From Candidatus Poribacteria bacterium (GTDB lineage: Bacteria > Poribacteria > WGA-4E > PCPOR2b): a stretch of 64,000 bases of DNA. The stretch covers positions 512,001 through 576,000 of the forward strand of contig OZ244042.1 in assembly GCA_965215015.1 (NCBI GenBank). The letters run 5' to 3'. The stretch's first letter is position 1. Every line of letters starts with the position of its first letter. The notes under the pieces are model-generated. The model had not been told where the DNA came from, did not search any database, and worked only from the letters and a program-made list of their open reading frames with translations. This document shows positions 38,482 through 48,352 of this stretch, one piece after another. The translations under genes were made by a program, and so were the position numbers.

Positions 38482-38931
38482 ATGAAGTTGGGGTTTCTCT
38501 CAAAAATTTTTGAAGGTGCCCTCAGTATTGAAAGGACCTACAACGATTGTGATAAGGCACTAAATAGATTAGGAGCGTATAATGAACGGATTGAGGAAAT
38601 GCACAAGAGAGGTGAAGATGTAAGTCGGTTTCCCACCGAAGAGAAAGCAGAACTTGATGAAATCGTGAATAACGCGATCCAAGGGGCAACGCGGCTAATC
38701 AATCTGGAGTCGACGCGCAATTGGCCTGGTGTTTTCAGGGAGATGCACAAAAACCTAGCAAATATCTACTACGAGCTGCACGACTATGATAGAGTCCATG
38801 AAGAGTGTAATAAGCTAAAGGCGGACTACGGCGAAATCGGGCGTCAGGACGCGGAAGAAATCTTGGAGAAACTCGAGGATAAAGAAAACAGTAAAACCGA
38901 TTCCACTGAAGAGGCAGCTGCAACAATGTAA
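38482..38931 (+). CDS. Hypothetical helical protein
   Basis: AGGAGG RBS, 149-aa ORF directly upstream of the VWA gene. Confidence 0.7.
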   Translation: MKLGFLSKIFEGALSIERTYNDCDKALNRLGAYNERIEEMHKRGEDVSRFPTEEKAELDEIVNNAIQGATRLINLESTRNWPGVFREMHKNLANIYYELHDYDRVHEECNKLKADYGEIGRQDAEEILEKLEDKENSKTDSTEEAAATM

Positions 38932-38933
38932 CA

Positions 38934-40847
38934 ATGCACTTCCTGAATCCTTCCGCCTTTTATCTTTTAGCACTCATTCCAATTGTGGTACTGTTGCATT
39001 TCCTCAAATTGCGTCGCCAACGCCATGTTGTTTCTAGCATAATGCTCTGGCTTGAAGCCGTTGAGGATATGAAAGCTAACGTTCCCTTCCAACGCCTGCA
39101 AAATTCACTTTTGCTCCCACTTCAAATCCTGTTTTTGTTAATTCTGGTTGGTGGCGTTGCCCGTCCAGCATTGCGTCAACTAGGCGGCTTGAGTGAGCAG
39201 TCGATCATCATTATCGATACGTCAGCGAGTATGGAGGCAACCGATATAGGAAGAACCCGTCTTGATGCAGCAAAAGCGGAGGCGTTAAAACTGATTAATC
39301 AGCTTGGGGCAAATGGGCAGATGATGATTATGGATACATCCCGCCCCCCGTATAATATCCGTCAGGCATTTACATCGGATAAGGAAAAACTGCGTCAGGC
39401 TATTGAGAATCTATCTGTCAAGCATACAGAGCCGGTGCTCAAAGCAGTATTTGACTCTGTAGCTGTTTACGCTGGTCTACCGGGAGCGCAGATGGCTCTG
39501 AGCCCCGATGCAGTGGGGATCGTCTTTATCAGCGACAATTTTCGGATGCTCCCCGATGCTGCAAATATTACTCAACTTCAAAAAATCGGTTTAGGAGGCC
39601 GAAGCGAGAATATTGCAATTGTTCAGTTTAGCGTCACCCGTGCGCTAACTCCACCGAATCGCTACCAAGTGCTTGTTGGCGTACAGAGTTTTGCAGACAC
39701 CTCTAAAGAATTTCAGGTACAATTGGGAATTGAAGGGAAGCCATTCTTTGAAGACAAAAGCGTGGTTCTACCACCGAGAGAAATAACGTCAATTCTATTC
39801 TCTCTCGATGATGACGACAGGTTTTATGGACAAGTCGTCACGGCCCGCCTTGATATTAATGATGATTTCTCTGTTGATAACGTTGTTGCGGCGATTTTAC
39901 ACCCACCGCCGAGATGGAAGGTTTTACTCGTCAGCGATCGAAATCAACCACCGTTGACTGCAATTCTCAAAACGGATTCGCATGTCAGTCTTAATCAAAT
40001 CCAAACCTTGGATTATCACGGTCCGGGGGATAACGATATCCTTATTTTTGATCGGTTTGTCCCAGACCCGCTCCCCGAAGGAAATATCGTTTTCCTAAAT
40101 CCGATTGGCGGACTTCCATTTATGCCCGCCCAAGAAAACAGGCAATTAACTCAAGTCATCGGTCAGCACCCCACGCACGAGGTAATGCGTGATGTGTCGC
40201 TGATCGATTTGGAGGTCAAAGCGTCGCTGCAAGCCCAATTGCCACTGTGGGGTATTCCGCTTGTTGAAACAAACCAGACGCCGCTCATTTGGCTCGGAGA
40301 ACAGGACAACCAAAAAGTGATTGTTTTTGGGTTTGATCCGTTCGATCTCAATGTTTCAAATTTTGCAACATCTATACCTTCAGCTCCTATTCTAATGTCC
40401 CAGTGTTTGGAGTGGTTAGGATTAGGGACCTCCCCGATCCAACCGGACCTTGTTAGGACAGGCGAGTCTGTAAAGATCCGCCTTGAGCACCCCAGCGAAG
40501 TTGAGCGGATAACTGTTCAAACGCCCGATGACGCTGTGCAAGAACTACAAGCGCGGGGTGCACGAATCGTTTTTACAGATACAACGCAGATAGGTGTTTA
40601 CACTGTATTCGTTGATGGCGAATCGCTCGGTGGATTTGTAGCCAACCTACTCAACCCACAGGAATCTGACCTTTCACCGCCCCAATTAGCGAACGACCTC
40701 AATGCGGGTGTAGACACTAGACGGGTACAATCCGATTTGCCAGAGGTGAATAGAGAGGTATGGGTGTACGCAGCCTTTCTCGCACTATTGCTGCTTCTTG
40801 CGGAATGGTGGGTCTACCATCAGAATCGCCGTTTTAGACAACCGTGA
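38934..40847 (+). CDS. BatA/VWA domain membrane protein
   Basis: MHFLNP...LLHFLK BatA N-terminus, DTSASM MIDAS, NLLNPQESD, LLLAEWW. Confidence 0.88.
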   Translation: MHFLNPSAFYLLALIPIVVLLHFLKLRRQRHVVSSIMLWLEAVEDMKANVPFQRLQNSLLLPLQILFLLILVGGVARPALRQLGGLSEQSIIIIDTSASMEATDIGRTRLDAAKAEALKLINQLGANGQMMIMDTSRPPYNIRQAFTSDKEKLRQAIENLSVKHTEPVLKAVFDSVAVYAGLPGAQMALSPDAVGIVFISDNFRMLPDAANITQLQKIGLGGRSENIAIVQFSVTRALTPPNRYQVLVGVQSFADTSKEFQVQLGIEGKPFFEDKSVVLPPREITSILFSLDDDDRFYGQVVTARLDINDDFSVDNVVAAILHPPPRWKVLLVSDRNQPPLTAILKTDSHVSLNQIQTLDYHGPGDNDILIFDRFVPDPLPEGNIVFLNPIGGLPFMPAQENRQLTQVIGQHPTHEVMRDVSLIDLEVKASLQAQLPLWGIPLVETNQTPLIWLGEQDNQKVIVFGFDPFDLNVSNFATSIPSAPILMSQCLEWLGLGTSPIQPDLVRTGESVKIRLEHPSEVERITVQTPDDAVQELQARGARIVFTDTTQIGVYTVFVDGESLGGFVANLLNPQESDLSPPQLANDLNAGVDTRRVQSDLPEVNREVWVYAAFLALLLLLAEWWVYHQNRRFRQP

Positions 40848-40859
40848 TGAACGGTGACA

Positions 40860-41648
40860 TCAACGATGTGAGTTCACAGGCTCTACATCGGCGTAGATAT
40901 AGATCGGGGATGGATTTTTCACATGAATGTTGTCACTGCTGTCGTCATCGGCGGAAACAATGCCCCTTTGGACTATCCGGCCGGGTTGTGCGTGTAGGGG
41001 CGATGTGAACATTGGACCGTCAGTGACGCATGTGTGAAACTCGCCGTTTTCGCCTAGTGGGTCTACCTCTGTGGGGAGGTCGGCGAGGAATTTGCGATCG
41101 AACCATCTACCTGCAAATTCAGCCGGCAACTTGGTGGGGTTGAGGGCAGTAACTATGGCACGCACGCCGGAGGCGATCATCTTCTGAGCGAGTGTGGGAG
41201 TGTCTTGTCCCCATATTGGAAAGAGTGGCGTAAAACCGGTTCCGCTGAGTTTATCTTCACGATAGCGGCGGATGTCCTCTAGGAATAGATCTCCAAACGC
41301 GACATGCGACGCCATCAAATGTTCGGGCAATGCCCGCACGCGATCCAGAAACTGTCGCATGGCGGCTTCGTATTGGGCGTTGGAACAGGGGTACGGTATC
41401 GGTATCTCGTATAATGGCACACTAAGTCTTTCGGATTGCAGCTTCAGAATCCAAGAGGGTGTGGAGTGGATAGAAACGCGGTCAAAGGTTTTGGTTACGG
41501 TCGTGAAAATGCCGCGTACATCGTAGCGTTCAGGCTGTTGGCGCAGGGTATGAAATGTCCAAGCAGAATCCTTACCTGAAGACCAAGAGACTAGAACAGG
41601 AGTGCGAGGGATAGGGTCAACCGTAGCGTGTGTCGTTTGTTTCGTCAT
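40860..41648 (-). CDS. Diphthine-ammonia ligase/MJ0570-like PP-loop ATPase
   Basis: SWSSGKDS, FGDLFLEDIRRYRE, DPLGENGEFHT. Confidence 0.88.
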   Translation of the reverse strand: MTKQTTHATVDPIPRTPVLVSWSSGKDSAWTFHTLRQQPERYDVRGIFTTVTKTFDRVSIHSTPSWILKLQSERLSVPLYEIPIPYPCSNAQYEAAMRQFLDRVRALPEHLMASHVAFGDLFLEDIRRYREDKLSGTGFTPLFPIWGQDTPTLAQKMIASGVRAIVTALNPTKLPAEFAGRWFDRKFLADLPTEVDPLGENGEFHTCVTDGPMFTSPLHAQPGRIVQRGIVSADDDSSDNIHVKNPSPIYIYADVEPVNSHR

Positions 41649-41747
41649 GATGAAAGAATTGTAACTTAAATAATAGTAGGCGTGCAACGTAAAACTTTCA
41701 ATTGTATGGAACAACAATCGTTGTTCCATACCGAGGGTTTTCCTCCT

Positions 41748-42380
41748 ATGAAACTAATAGCTCCCGATCGCGGCATCATCGTCGGTATCACGGGGGGCAT
41801 CGCCTGTGGCAAGTCGACTGTATCTAAACTACTTTCAAAAAAGGGCGCGATTTCAATCAACTCGGATGAGATTGGGCATCGGCTGCTCAAGCGTGGCAGT
41901 CCTGTCATGAGGGCCTTGCTTGAAGCGTTTGGATCTGACATCCTTGATGAATCCGGTGATGTTAGCCGTCAAAAGCTCGGCGCAATTGTCTTCGATGACA
42001 AAGCTGCCCGCGAGCGTTTGAACGCAATTATGCATCCACTGATTGTCGAGAAATCCCGTTCCGAAGCGAACAGGCTTGTCGCCAAGGATGCAAATTGCGT
42101 TGTCCTGATTGATGCACCGCTGCTCATTGAGGCGAACTCACAAGATACAGTGGATGTCATTGTTGTAGTCACAGCTTCAACGCAAACTCAGCTCCAGCGT
42201 CTATTGGAAAATCGTTCCCTCAGTCCGGCAGAAGCGCAGGCGCGGATTGACTCGCAGATGCCAATATCTGAAAAGGTAAAGTATGCAGACTTCGTGCTTG
42301 AAAATGATGGGACACTTGAGGAGTTGGAGCGAAAAGTGGATCGGCTTGGGCATGAAATTCGCCGCTTGAAAGCGAACTGA
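41748..42380 (+). CDS. coaE: Dephospho-CoA kinase
   Basis: GITGGIACGKSTV, LNAIMHP, DAPLLIE, RIDSQ, ADFVLENDG. Confidence 0.93.
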   Translation: MKLIAPDRGIIVGITGGIACGKSTVSKLLSKKGAISINSDEIGHRLLKRGSPVMRALLEAFGSDILDESGDVSRQKLGAIVFDDKAARERLNAIMHPLIVEKSRSEANRLVAKDANCVVLIDAPLLIEANSQDTVDVIVVVTASTQTQLQRLLENRSLSPAEAQARIDSQMPISEKVKYADFVLENDGTLEELERKVDRLGHEIRRLKAN

Positions 42381-42419
42381 TTTTACTACTTTACATCTGT
42401 GTAACGCAAGGAGCCCCTA

Positions 42420-43781
42420 ATGTTTAGTGCATTATTAGCGAAACGAGCATCAGAGGATAATCCCATCCGTGTGGGTATTATCGGTACTGGCAAATTCGGT
42501 GCGGGGTTGGTAGCACAACTTTCCCAGATGGAAGGGGTCAAAGCCTGTGCCATTGCCGATATTAACTTGGATCACGCGAAGCACGCCTACACAGCGAGTT
42601 GCGTACCAGCGGACACCATAAAAGTTGTACACAATGTTGAGCAGTTAAACGGCACCATCCACAGTGGCAAGCAAGCGATAACCGAGGATGGGCTGCTCCT
42701 CCCCCAATCGGATCTGGTAGATGTGGTAGTAGAAGCCACCGGGATTCCAGAGGTCGGTGCTCGCATGGCATATCATACATTGACCCATAACAAACACCTA
42801 GTGATGGTCAATGTGGAAGCCGATGTGACCATCGGTCCCTATCTAAGTCATCTAGCGGATACCGCCGGCGTCGTCTACACCTTGGTGGACGGCGATCAGC
42901 CCGGTGTAACCATGAACATCGTAGACTGGGCGAGAGCACTCGGATTTGAAATTGTCGCCGCTGGTCGCGGTACAGTCTTCTATAGTGATGATAGAGAGGG
43001 GACGCCGGATACGGTGCCAGAGCGTTTTGGCTTCAGCGAAGAGATGATCGAGCGACGAACAATTAACTTAAAAATGTTCAACTCGTTCCGGGATGGCACC
43101 AAGGCACAGGTTGAGATGACTGCGCTGGCGAATATGATCGGGTTACCGCCGGACGTGCGGGGTATGCACGAACCTTCACTCAACATCTCTGAAATTGCTC
43201 AAGCTTTTAGTCTGCGAGAAGAGGGAGGGCTTCTTAGCCGGCATGGGGTGGTTGAATTAGCCAATAGCGTGGCTGAAGATGGGCTTACCCTGTTGGATTC
43301 ACCACTTCGGATGGGGGTTTTTGTGGTCATCCGAACCGATCACCCCTTCATTCAGGAGGATTTGACCGGTTACCATCTTCATCCGGGTGGTAATGGTAAA
43401 AACTTCCTGCTCTATCGTCCCTATCACCTGGTAGCGGTGGCAGCACCTATATCCATTGTAAAAGCCGCGCTCTACCAGCAGCCCACCGGCACCCCCTTGA
43501 CTACGCCGACCGCAGAGGTGATTACTGTCGCAAAACGAGATCTGAAGCAGGGAGAGATTTTAGATGGTGGGGGCGGGTATACAGTCAACGGGTTGATTGA
43601 AAAAGCGGAAACTGCGCGTGTGGAAAATCTGCTCCCTCTGGGCTTGGCACCCGGAGCTAAATTGAAGGAGGATTTAACGAAAGGAACAGCGGTTACCTAC
43701 GACATGGTAACACTTGACGAGGACTCTTTTATATTAAAGCTCCGTCGGCTGCAAGATGCAACCCTTAGTCATGAAGTGTGA
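42420..43781 (+). CDS. NAD(P)-dependent oxidoreductase (homoserine dehydrogenase-like) with SAF domain
   Basis: GTGKFG, NVEADVTIGP, GDQPG, DGTK, YRPYHL, AKRDLKQGEILDG. Confidence 0.88.
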   Translation: MFSALLAKRASEDNPIRVGIIGTGKFGAGLVAQLSQMEGVKACAIADINLDHAKHAYTASCVPADTIKVVHNVEQLNGTIHSGKQAITEDGLLLPQSDLVDVVVEATGIPEVGARMAYHTLTHNKHLVMVNVEADVTIGPYLSHLADTAGVVYTLVDGDQPGVTMNIVDWARALGFEIVAAGRGTVFYSDDREGTPDTVPERFGFSEEMIERRTINLKMFNSFRDGTKAQVEMTALANMIGLPPDVRGMHEPSLNISEIAQAFSLREEGGLLSRHGVVELANSVAEDGLTLLDSPLRMGVFVVIRTDHPFIQEDLTGYHLHPGGNGKNFLLYRPYHLVAVAAPISIVKAALYQQPTGTPLTTPTAEVITVAKRDLKQGEILDGGGGYTVNGLIEKAETARVENLLPLGLAPGAKLKEDLTKGTAVTYDMVTLDEDSFILKLRRLQDATLSHEV

Positions 43782-43876
43782 AATGTAACGTGAGATCCCT
43801 TGTCTATCACGCTTCGCGCCTATAGGCATTTTCTATGCACAAGAAATGACGAGATCTGGCCCCATCTAAAGTAAAT

Positions 43877-43905
43877 TTGACATTGAGATGTGAGTATAAT
43901 ATAAT
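43877..43905 (+). promoter_or_regulatory. sigma70 promoter for the iscU-iscA pair
   Basis: TTGACA-N17-TATAAT. Confidence 0.7.
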
Positions 43906-43964
43906 ATAAGTAAATGGCTTTCGTCGCCATAAAGCTGCATGACAACGGGGATTTGGAGGCGGAT

Positions 43965-44351
43965 ATGCACACCCCACAGGTTATCGAGCATTATGAAAAT
44001 CCGCGGAATGTTGGCACAATCACAGATGCAGATGGAGTGGGCATTGTTGGCACGCCTGCCAGCGGCGAAATGATGAAACTCACAATTAAGGTTTCTCAAG
44101 ATCGGGTTGTCGATGCAAAGTTTAAGGCATTTGGATGTCCAACTGCAATCGCAGCCAGTTCCCTCATCACAGAACTGATTAAAGAACACACAATTCAAGA
44201 AGCACTAAACATAACCAATCGGCAAGTTGATGAAGCACTTGGGGGATTACCACCGGATAAAACCCGCTATGCTGTGCTTGCTGAGAAGGTATTAAAAGTT
44301 GCAATTCATAATTATATTTCACATTTAAATGAAAAAGGAGAATTAACATGA
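43965..44351 (+). CDS. iscU: IscU/NifU-N family scaffold-like protein (two of three Cys absent)
   Basis: EHYENPRNVG, PASGEMM, KFKAFGC, LPPDKTRYAVLAE. Confidence 0.8.
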   Translation: MHTPQVIEHYENPRNVGTITDADGVGIVGTPASGEMMKLTIKVSQDRVVDAKFKAFGCPTAIAASSLITELIKEHTIQEALNITNRQVDEALGGLPPDKTRYAVLAEKVLKVAIHNYISHLNEKGELT

Positions 44352-44689
44352 TTACAGTCACTGAAGCTGCGGCGAAAAAAGCGCAACTGTTAATGCAGGA
44401 CGCGATGGGGGAAGAGAGTGTAGATGCTAGTGCGGCACACGGTCTACGTATGCAGGTTATCGGTGGAGGGTGCTCCGGTTTTCAGTACAACCTTGGGTTT
44501 GATGAACTACGGAGTGGTGATAAGATCTTTGAGCAGCACGGATTGAAAGTCTTCATCGATTCGCGCAGTACACTCTATCTCGCCGGTTCAACGTTGGACT
44601 ACAAAGATGGTCTAATGGAGTCAGGTTTCAAGATTACCAACCCAAATGCGAAGGCCGAATGTGGTTGTGGCGAATCCTTCAGCGTATAA
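44348..44689 (+). CDS. iscA: A-type Fe-S carrier (IscA/HesB/ErpA)
   Basis: GGGCSGFQY, NPNA..CGCGESF. Confidence 0.92.
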   Translation: MITVTEAAAKKAQLLMQDAMGEESVDASAAHGLRMQVIGGGCSGFQYNLGFDELRSGDKIFEQHGLKVFIDSRSTLYLAGSTLDYKDGLMESGFKITNPNAKAECGCGESFSV

Positions 44690-44707
44690 ACCAGATTCGC
44701 GTTTCAT

Positions 44708-44743
44708 AGGCAGGAGATTCGGGTCGAATTTCCTGCCTTTTTT
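44708..44743 (+). terminator. Intrinsic terminator
   Basis: AGGCAGGAGATTC-GGGTC-GAATTTCCTGCCT followed by a T-tract, between convergent genes. Confidence 0.75.
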
Positions 44744-44782
44744 GTGCTCATACAGTCAGGTTTTTCCTCCTCGTTTCTTCTC

Positions 44783-47116
44783 TTATTCCTTTTTCATGAG
44801 CACATCAAGCTGCTGCCGGGCGTAGGCGACAATTACACTCTCAGGATAATCTCGAATGAGCGCGGAATAGGTTTCTTGTGCTTTGTCGGGCTCATTGAGC
44901 TGCCAACGATAGATGTCTGCGATTTTCGCTGTCGCCTCCGCCGCGATTGGACTCTCCTCCAAAACGGTGACCTGCTGATATGCCGCGATAGCATCGGTGT
45001 ATCGCGCCTCGCGCTGATGAATTGTACCTATCAGCATCCAGAGGTCATCAACGATGAGTGCTGTCGGGTATTCCTTCATCGTCTCCTGGCATAACCTTAA
45101 TGCCGCCTCAGTCTCTCCACTTAAATCGCCTTGTAGTGCTTCAAGGTAATGCTTGAGGGGTTCATTACTGTAGTCTGAGTTGGACTGGATCAGGACAATT
45201 CTGTCTAGGGAATCGTTACTCAATGGATTGGACATCGCAATATCAAGCACACGCTTGTATGCCGTAACCGCTGCTTCGATATCTCCCCGAAGCAGATGTG
45301 CATCACCGATTAGTTTTTGGGCTTCCACCTTGAAATTGCTATTTCCATTAGCAATCGGATAAAGCGTACTTTCTGCCTCGTCAGGCTTTCCCTGCAAGAC
45401 GTAACACGTCGCCACGCCGAGTTGGGCTTGTGTTGCTTGGTCAGTCGACAGTGGTTGATTGGCTAACTCTTGGTAGATTTGCAGTGCAGCATCCGCATTC
45501 CGTATTCCGTGCAACCACACGTGCCCCAAGAGCAGTTGCACAGAGGGTTGGTTGCTCCGCTGCGTCATAGTTGTTAAAACAGCTAGCGCAGCATCCCACT
45601 GCTCCCACCGCTCATAGAATTGTACCAACTTCATCTGTGCAGTCCAGGCCAGATGCGTATTCGGGAAGAGCTCAGCAATTGCCTGATAAAAATCTGCCGC
45701 TTTAGGATTTTTGTTCCGCTCCAGAATTTGTGCATACTTTTCAAGGATGCGTCCCCGGTCAGTAAGATAAAGTTGATGTAGCCGCTTAAAGTTTTTGAGT
45801 GCCAAATCTAAGCTTCCACGATAGAAATAGACCTCTGCCAAAGATAGGACCAGGCCTGGATTTTGTGGGTCTGTTCTCAGCATCGCTTGAAGCCGGTCAA
45901 TTACCTGCTCAAGTAGACGTTCCTGTTGAACTCCCTCATAGATCTCCGCCATGTTTTGGATAAGTGTATCGCGTCCACTGTAGCCAATATCCACCACTTT
46001 CAATGCTCGCAGATAGGTATCGACCGCCATATTGACATGTCCCTGAATTTTGTAGACATCCGCGAGCCAGTTGTAGAGTTGAGCACTTTTGGGACTAAGG
46101 CTAATGGCGGTTTCATAGGCTTCAACAGCTTTGTCATACATTTGGTGAGATGTGTAGATTGAACCCAGTTGTTGGTATCGATAAGCCTGATCTGGATCAT
46201 CTTGGACAATCTTCGTCCACTGCTCAGCTGCAAGGTCTTGCTGACCACGTTCTGCGTATAGCTCTCCTAGCTTCTTCAGGATATCTGTATTGTTCGGATT
46301 CTGGTCAAGGGCAGTACGGTATAGGGATAACGCCTCATCGTATTTCCCTTGCCCCTTATAGAGAGTCGCCAACTGCTCCATCAGATTGATATCGCTCGGT
46401 TTTTGGCGAAGTTCATCCCGGATTAATTTCTCCGCGTCAGCATATCTGTGACGAATTCGATATAGTCGAATAAGGCTATTGAGCGCACTGGTACGGTACG
46501 GAGAGGTTGGAAAGTCATTTAGGAAACTACGGTAACTTTCAATCGCCTCATCGTGGCCGCCCCCTGCGAAGGTATATTGGGCAACTAGATAACGGGCAAT
46601 TGCAGCGGTTTGCGTTTTCGGATATTTGTTGGCGAGTTGTCGGCATCGGGTAATTGTCTCTTTGTACTGATACCGGTCCCGGAAAAGTGCCCCAATTCGA
46701 TGCACCGCTTGGCTCGCGTACGAACCGTTCGGATCATCATCGATTACCGTATGGAAATTTTGGAGTGCCAGGGCATCATCGCCTAGTTTCGCATAGGACC
46801 GCCCTAAATTCATACGAATCGCATCTTTTGAGTGTTGGCGCAGCGGCGTTTTCAATAGAGCCTGATATGCCTCAATCGCCTCTGAATATTTCTGGGAATA
46901 GTAGAAATCATGGGCGTTCTGAATAGCGATTTGGTCTTCTTTAACGAGCGGAGCTTGAGCGAAAGTTGTCAGGGAAGTGAGGATATAGGTGGATATTAAG
47001 AAAAGCAGGCATAGAAACAACCTTAACCCTGTACCAATTCTCGTTGATTGTGGCTGACTTTGCAGGAGTGACTTTAGATGCTGCCTTCCTATCATAGTTC
47101 TCCGTCTCCTTTGCAC
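44783..47116 (-). CDS. Exported tetratricopeptide repeat protein
   Basis: Hydrophobic N-terminus and many TPR units (LATLYKGQGKYDEALSLYRTAL...). Confidence 0.88.
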   Translation of the reverse strand: MQRRRRTMIGRQHLKSLLQSQPQSTRIGTGLRLFLCLLFLISTYILTSLTTFAQAPLVKEDQIAIQNAHDFYYSQKYSEAIEAYQALLKTPLRQHSKDAIRMNLGRSYAKLGDDALALQNFHTVIDDDPNGSYASQAVHRIGALFRDRYQYKETITRCRQLANKYPKTQTAAIARYLVAQYTFAGGGHDEAIESYRSFLNDFPTSPYRTSALNSLIRLYRIRHRYADAEKLIRDELRQKPSDINLMEQLATLYKGQGKYDEALSLYRTALDQNPNNTDILKKLGELYAERGQQDLAAEQWTKIVQDDPDQAYRYQQLGSIYTSHQMYDKAVEAYETAISLSPKSAQLYNWLADVYKIQGHVNMAVDTYLRALKVVDIGYSGRDTLIQNMAEIYEGVQQERLLEQVIDRLQAMLRTDPQNPGLVLSLAEVYFYRGSLDLALKNFKRLHQLYLTDRGRILEKYAQILERNKNPKAADFYQAIAELFPNTHLAWTAQMKLVQFYERWEQWDAALAVLTTMTQRSNQPSVQLLLGHVWLHGIRNADAALQIYQELANQPLSTDQATQAQLGVATCYVLQGKPDEAESTLYPIANGNSNFKVEAQKLIGDAHLLRGDIEAAVTAYKRVLDIAMSNPLSNDSLDRIVLIQSNSDYSNEPLKHYLEALQGDLSGETEAALRLCQETMKEYPTALIVDDLWMLIGTIHQREARYTDAIAAYQQVTVLEESPIAAEATAKIADIYRWQLNEPDKAQETYSALIRDYPESVIVAYARQQLDVLMKKE

Positions 47117-47262
47117 TATAGACGAACAGAGCAGAGCAGGGTTGATTTTCTGAGGTAGTAATCCGTTGTTATCTGAGACAGATTCAGATGAAATCCCACA
47201 AATGCCTCAAGTAAGCACCGATTATGTTTGCCCTCCATCGGTCTCCACAAGATTCAACTCCA

Positions 47263-48102
47263 CTAATCCAATCCAAGCAGGGGAAGAGAATCACGATGGA
47301 TGAGATCCTCAATATCTTCCGCTGGGACTTGTGGCATACCGGTGCCCTCAGCGAACCGGTTGGCAGTACGGAGGGCGTTAATGGTTTCCTCAACGGTCGC
47401 GATTGGGAAATCACTGCCGAAAAGGAGTTTGTGCATCACCCGGTTTTCATGACAGAAAGTCAGTGCCTGATACCCCCACCACGGTCGTAGGGGGACGCCG
47501 CCAGAGACATCGGCAAATACATTTGGATGCTTGCGTATCATCACCATTGCATCAGTGTACCAAGGGAGTCCGATGTGAGCAAGGATAATCTTCAGGTTTG
47601 GGAATTCACGAGCCACCGGATCGTAGAGCAGCGGATTTGCCCACTCCATTGGCGTATTGGCAATAACATGGTACGCCGCATGTGTAAGGATGGGAAGTCC
47701 CAATTCTTCTGCACGGCGATGCACCCGGCGTGCCCTATCGCCATTTGGATCGTAATGTTGGTATACCGGACTCATCTTGATGCCCTTGAGTCCCAAATCG
47801 TTGACACATCGATCGATTTCATCCAACGCGGCCGGATCGTTCGGGTCAACCGACATGAAGCCGATGATTTTGTCCGGGTACGCTTTAGCGTACGCGGCAA
47901 TGGCATCATTTGGTGTGTGCATACCTAGCGCAATGGAATTAATGCCGAAGACAATTGCACGTGAAACTGCCGTCACCGCCTCCCAATGTTTTTCGGGTGT
48001 TACCTCCAAGTCAATCCCGGTGTACCCCCGGTCGAACGCTTCAACAAAGATTTTGCCCCACTGCTCACGGGTAGAAAGGTGTGTGTGTACGTCAATAACC
48101 AT
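47263..48102 (-). CDS. Amidohydrolase_2 family protein
   Basis: IDVHTH, GIKM, LPILTH, IILAHIG, LFGSDFP. Confidence 0.9.
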   Translation of the reverse strand: MVIDVHTHLSTREQWGKIFVEAFDRGYTGIDLEVTPEKHWEAVTAVSRAIVFGINSIALGMHTPNDAIAAYAKAYPDKIIGFMSVDPNDPAALDEIDRCVNDLGLKGIKMSPVYQHYDPNGDRARRVHRRAEELGLPILTHAAYHVIANTPMEWANPLLYDPVAREFPNLKIILAHIGLPWYTDAMVMIRKHPNVFADVSGGVPLRPWWGYQALTFCHENRVMHKLLFGSDFPIATVEETINALRTANRFAEGTGMPQVPAEDIEDLIHRDSLPLLGLD

Positions 48103-48247
48103 GATAAACCTCCGACTCGGGCAACTCCTGCCCCGGATAGATCTATAATCCAAAAGTTGTGTTACCAGAGTTTAGCAAATTGATACCCTATCCGTCAACA
48201 TCGAAATATTCAAACGGGCAAAGGGGTCCGCAACTAACACTTTTCCA

Positions 48248-48275
48248 TTGACATGCAGGGAGGAATAGATATAAT
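48248..48275 (+). promoter_or_regulatory. sigma70-type promoter
   Basis: TTGACA-N16-TATAAT. Confidence 0.6.
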
Positions 48276-48352
48276 AGCGTAGCCAGAGCCAAGCGGATTC
48301 TGAGGTCTTGGCTTTCGCTGGATTTCGTACTGTTCACGGGATTGAGGAAAGC

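Noticed and set aside
12254-40847. DUF58 and BatA-VWA genes as a MoxR operon
   Set aside because: They are 26 kb apart with no MoxR ATPase in the window; these are ordinary dispersed components
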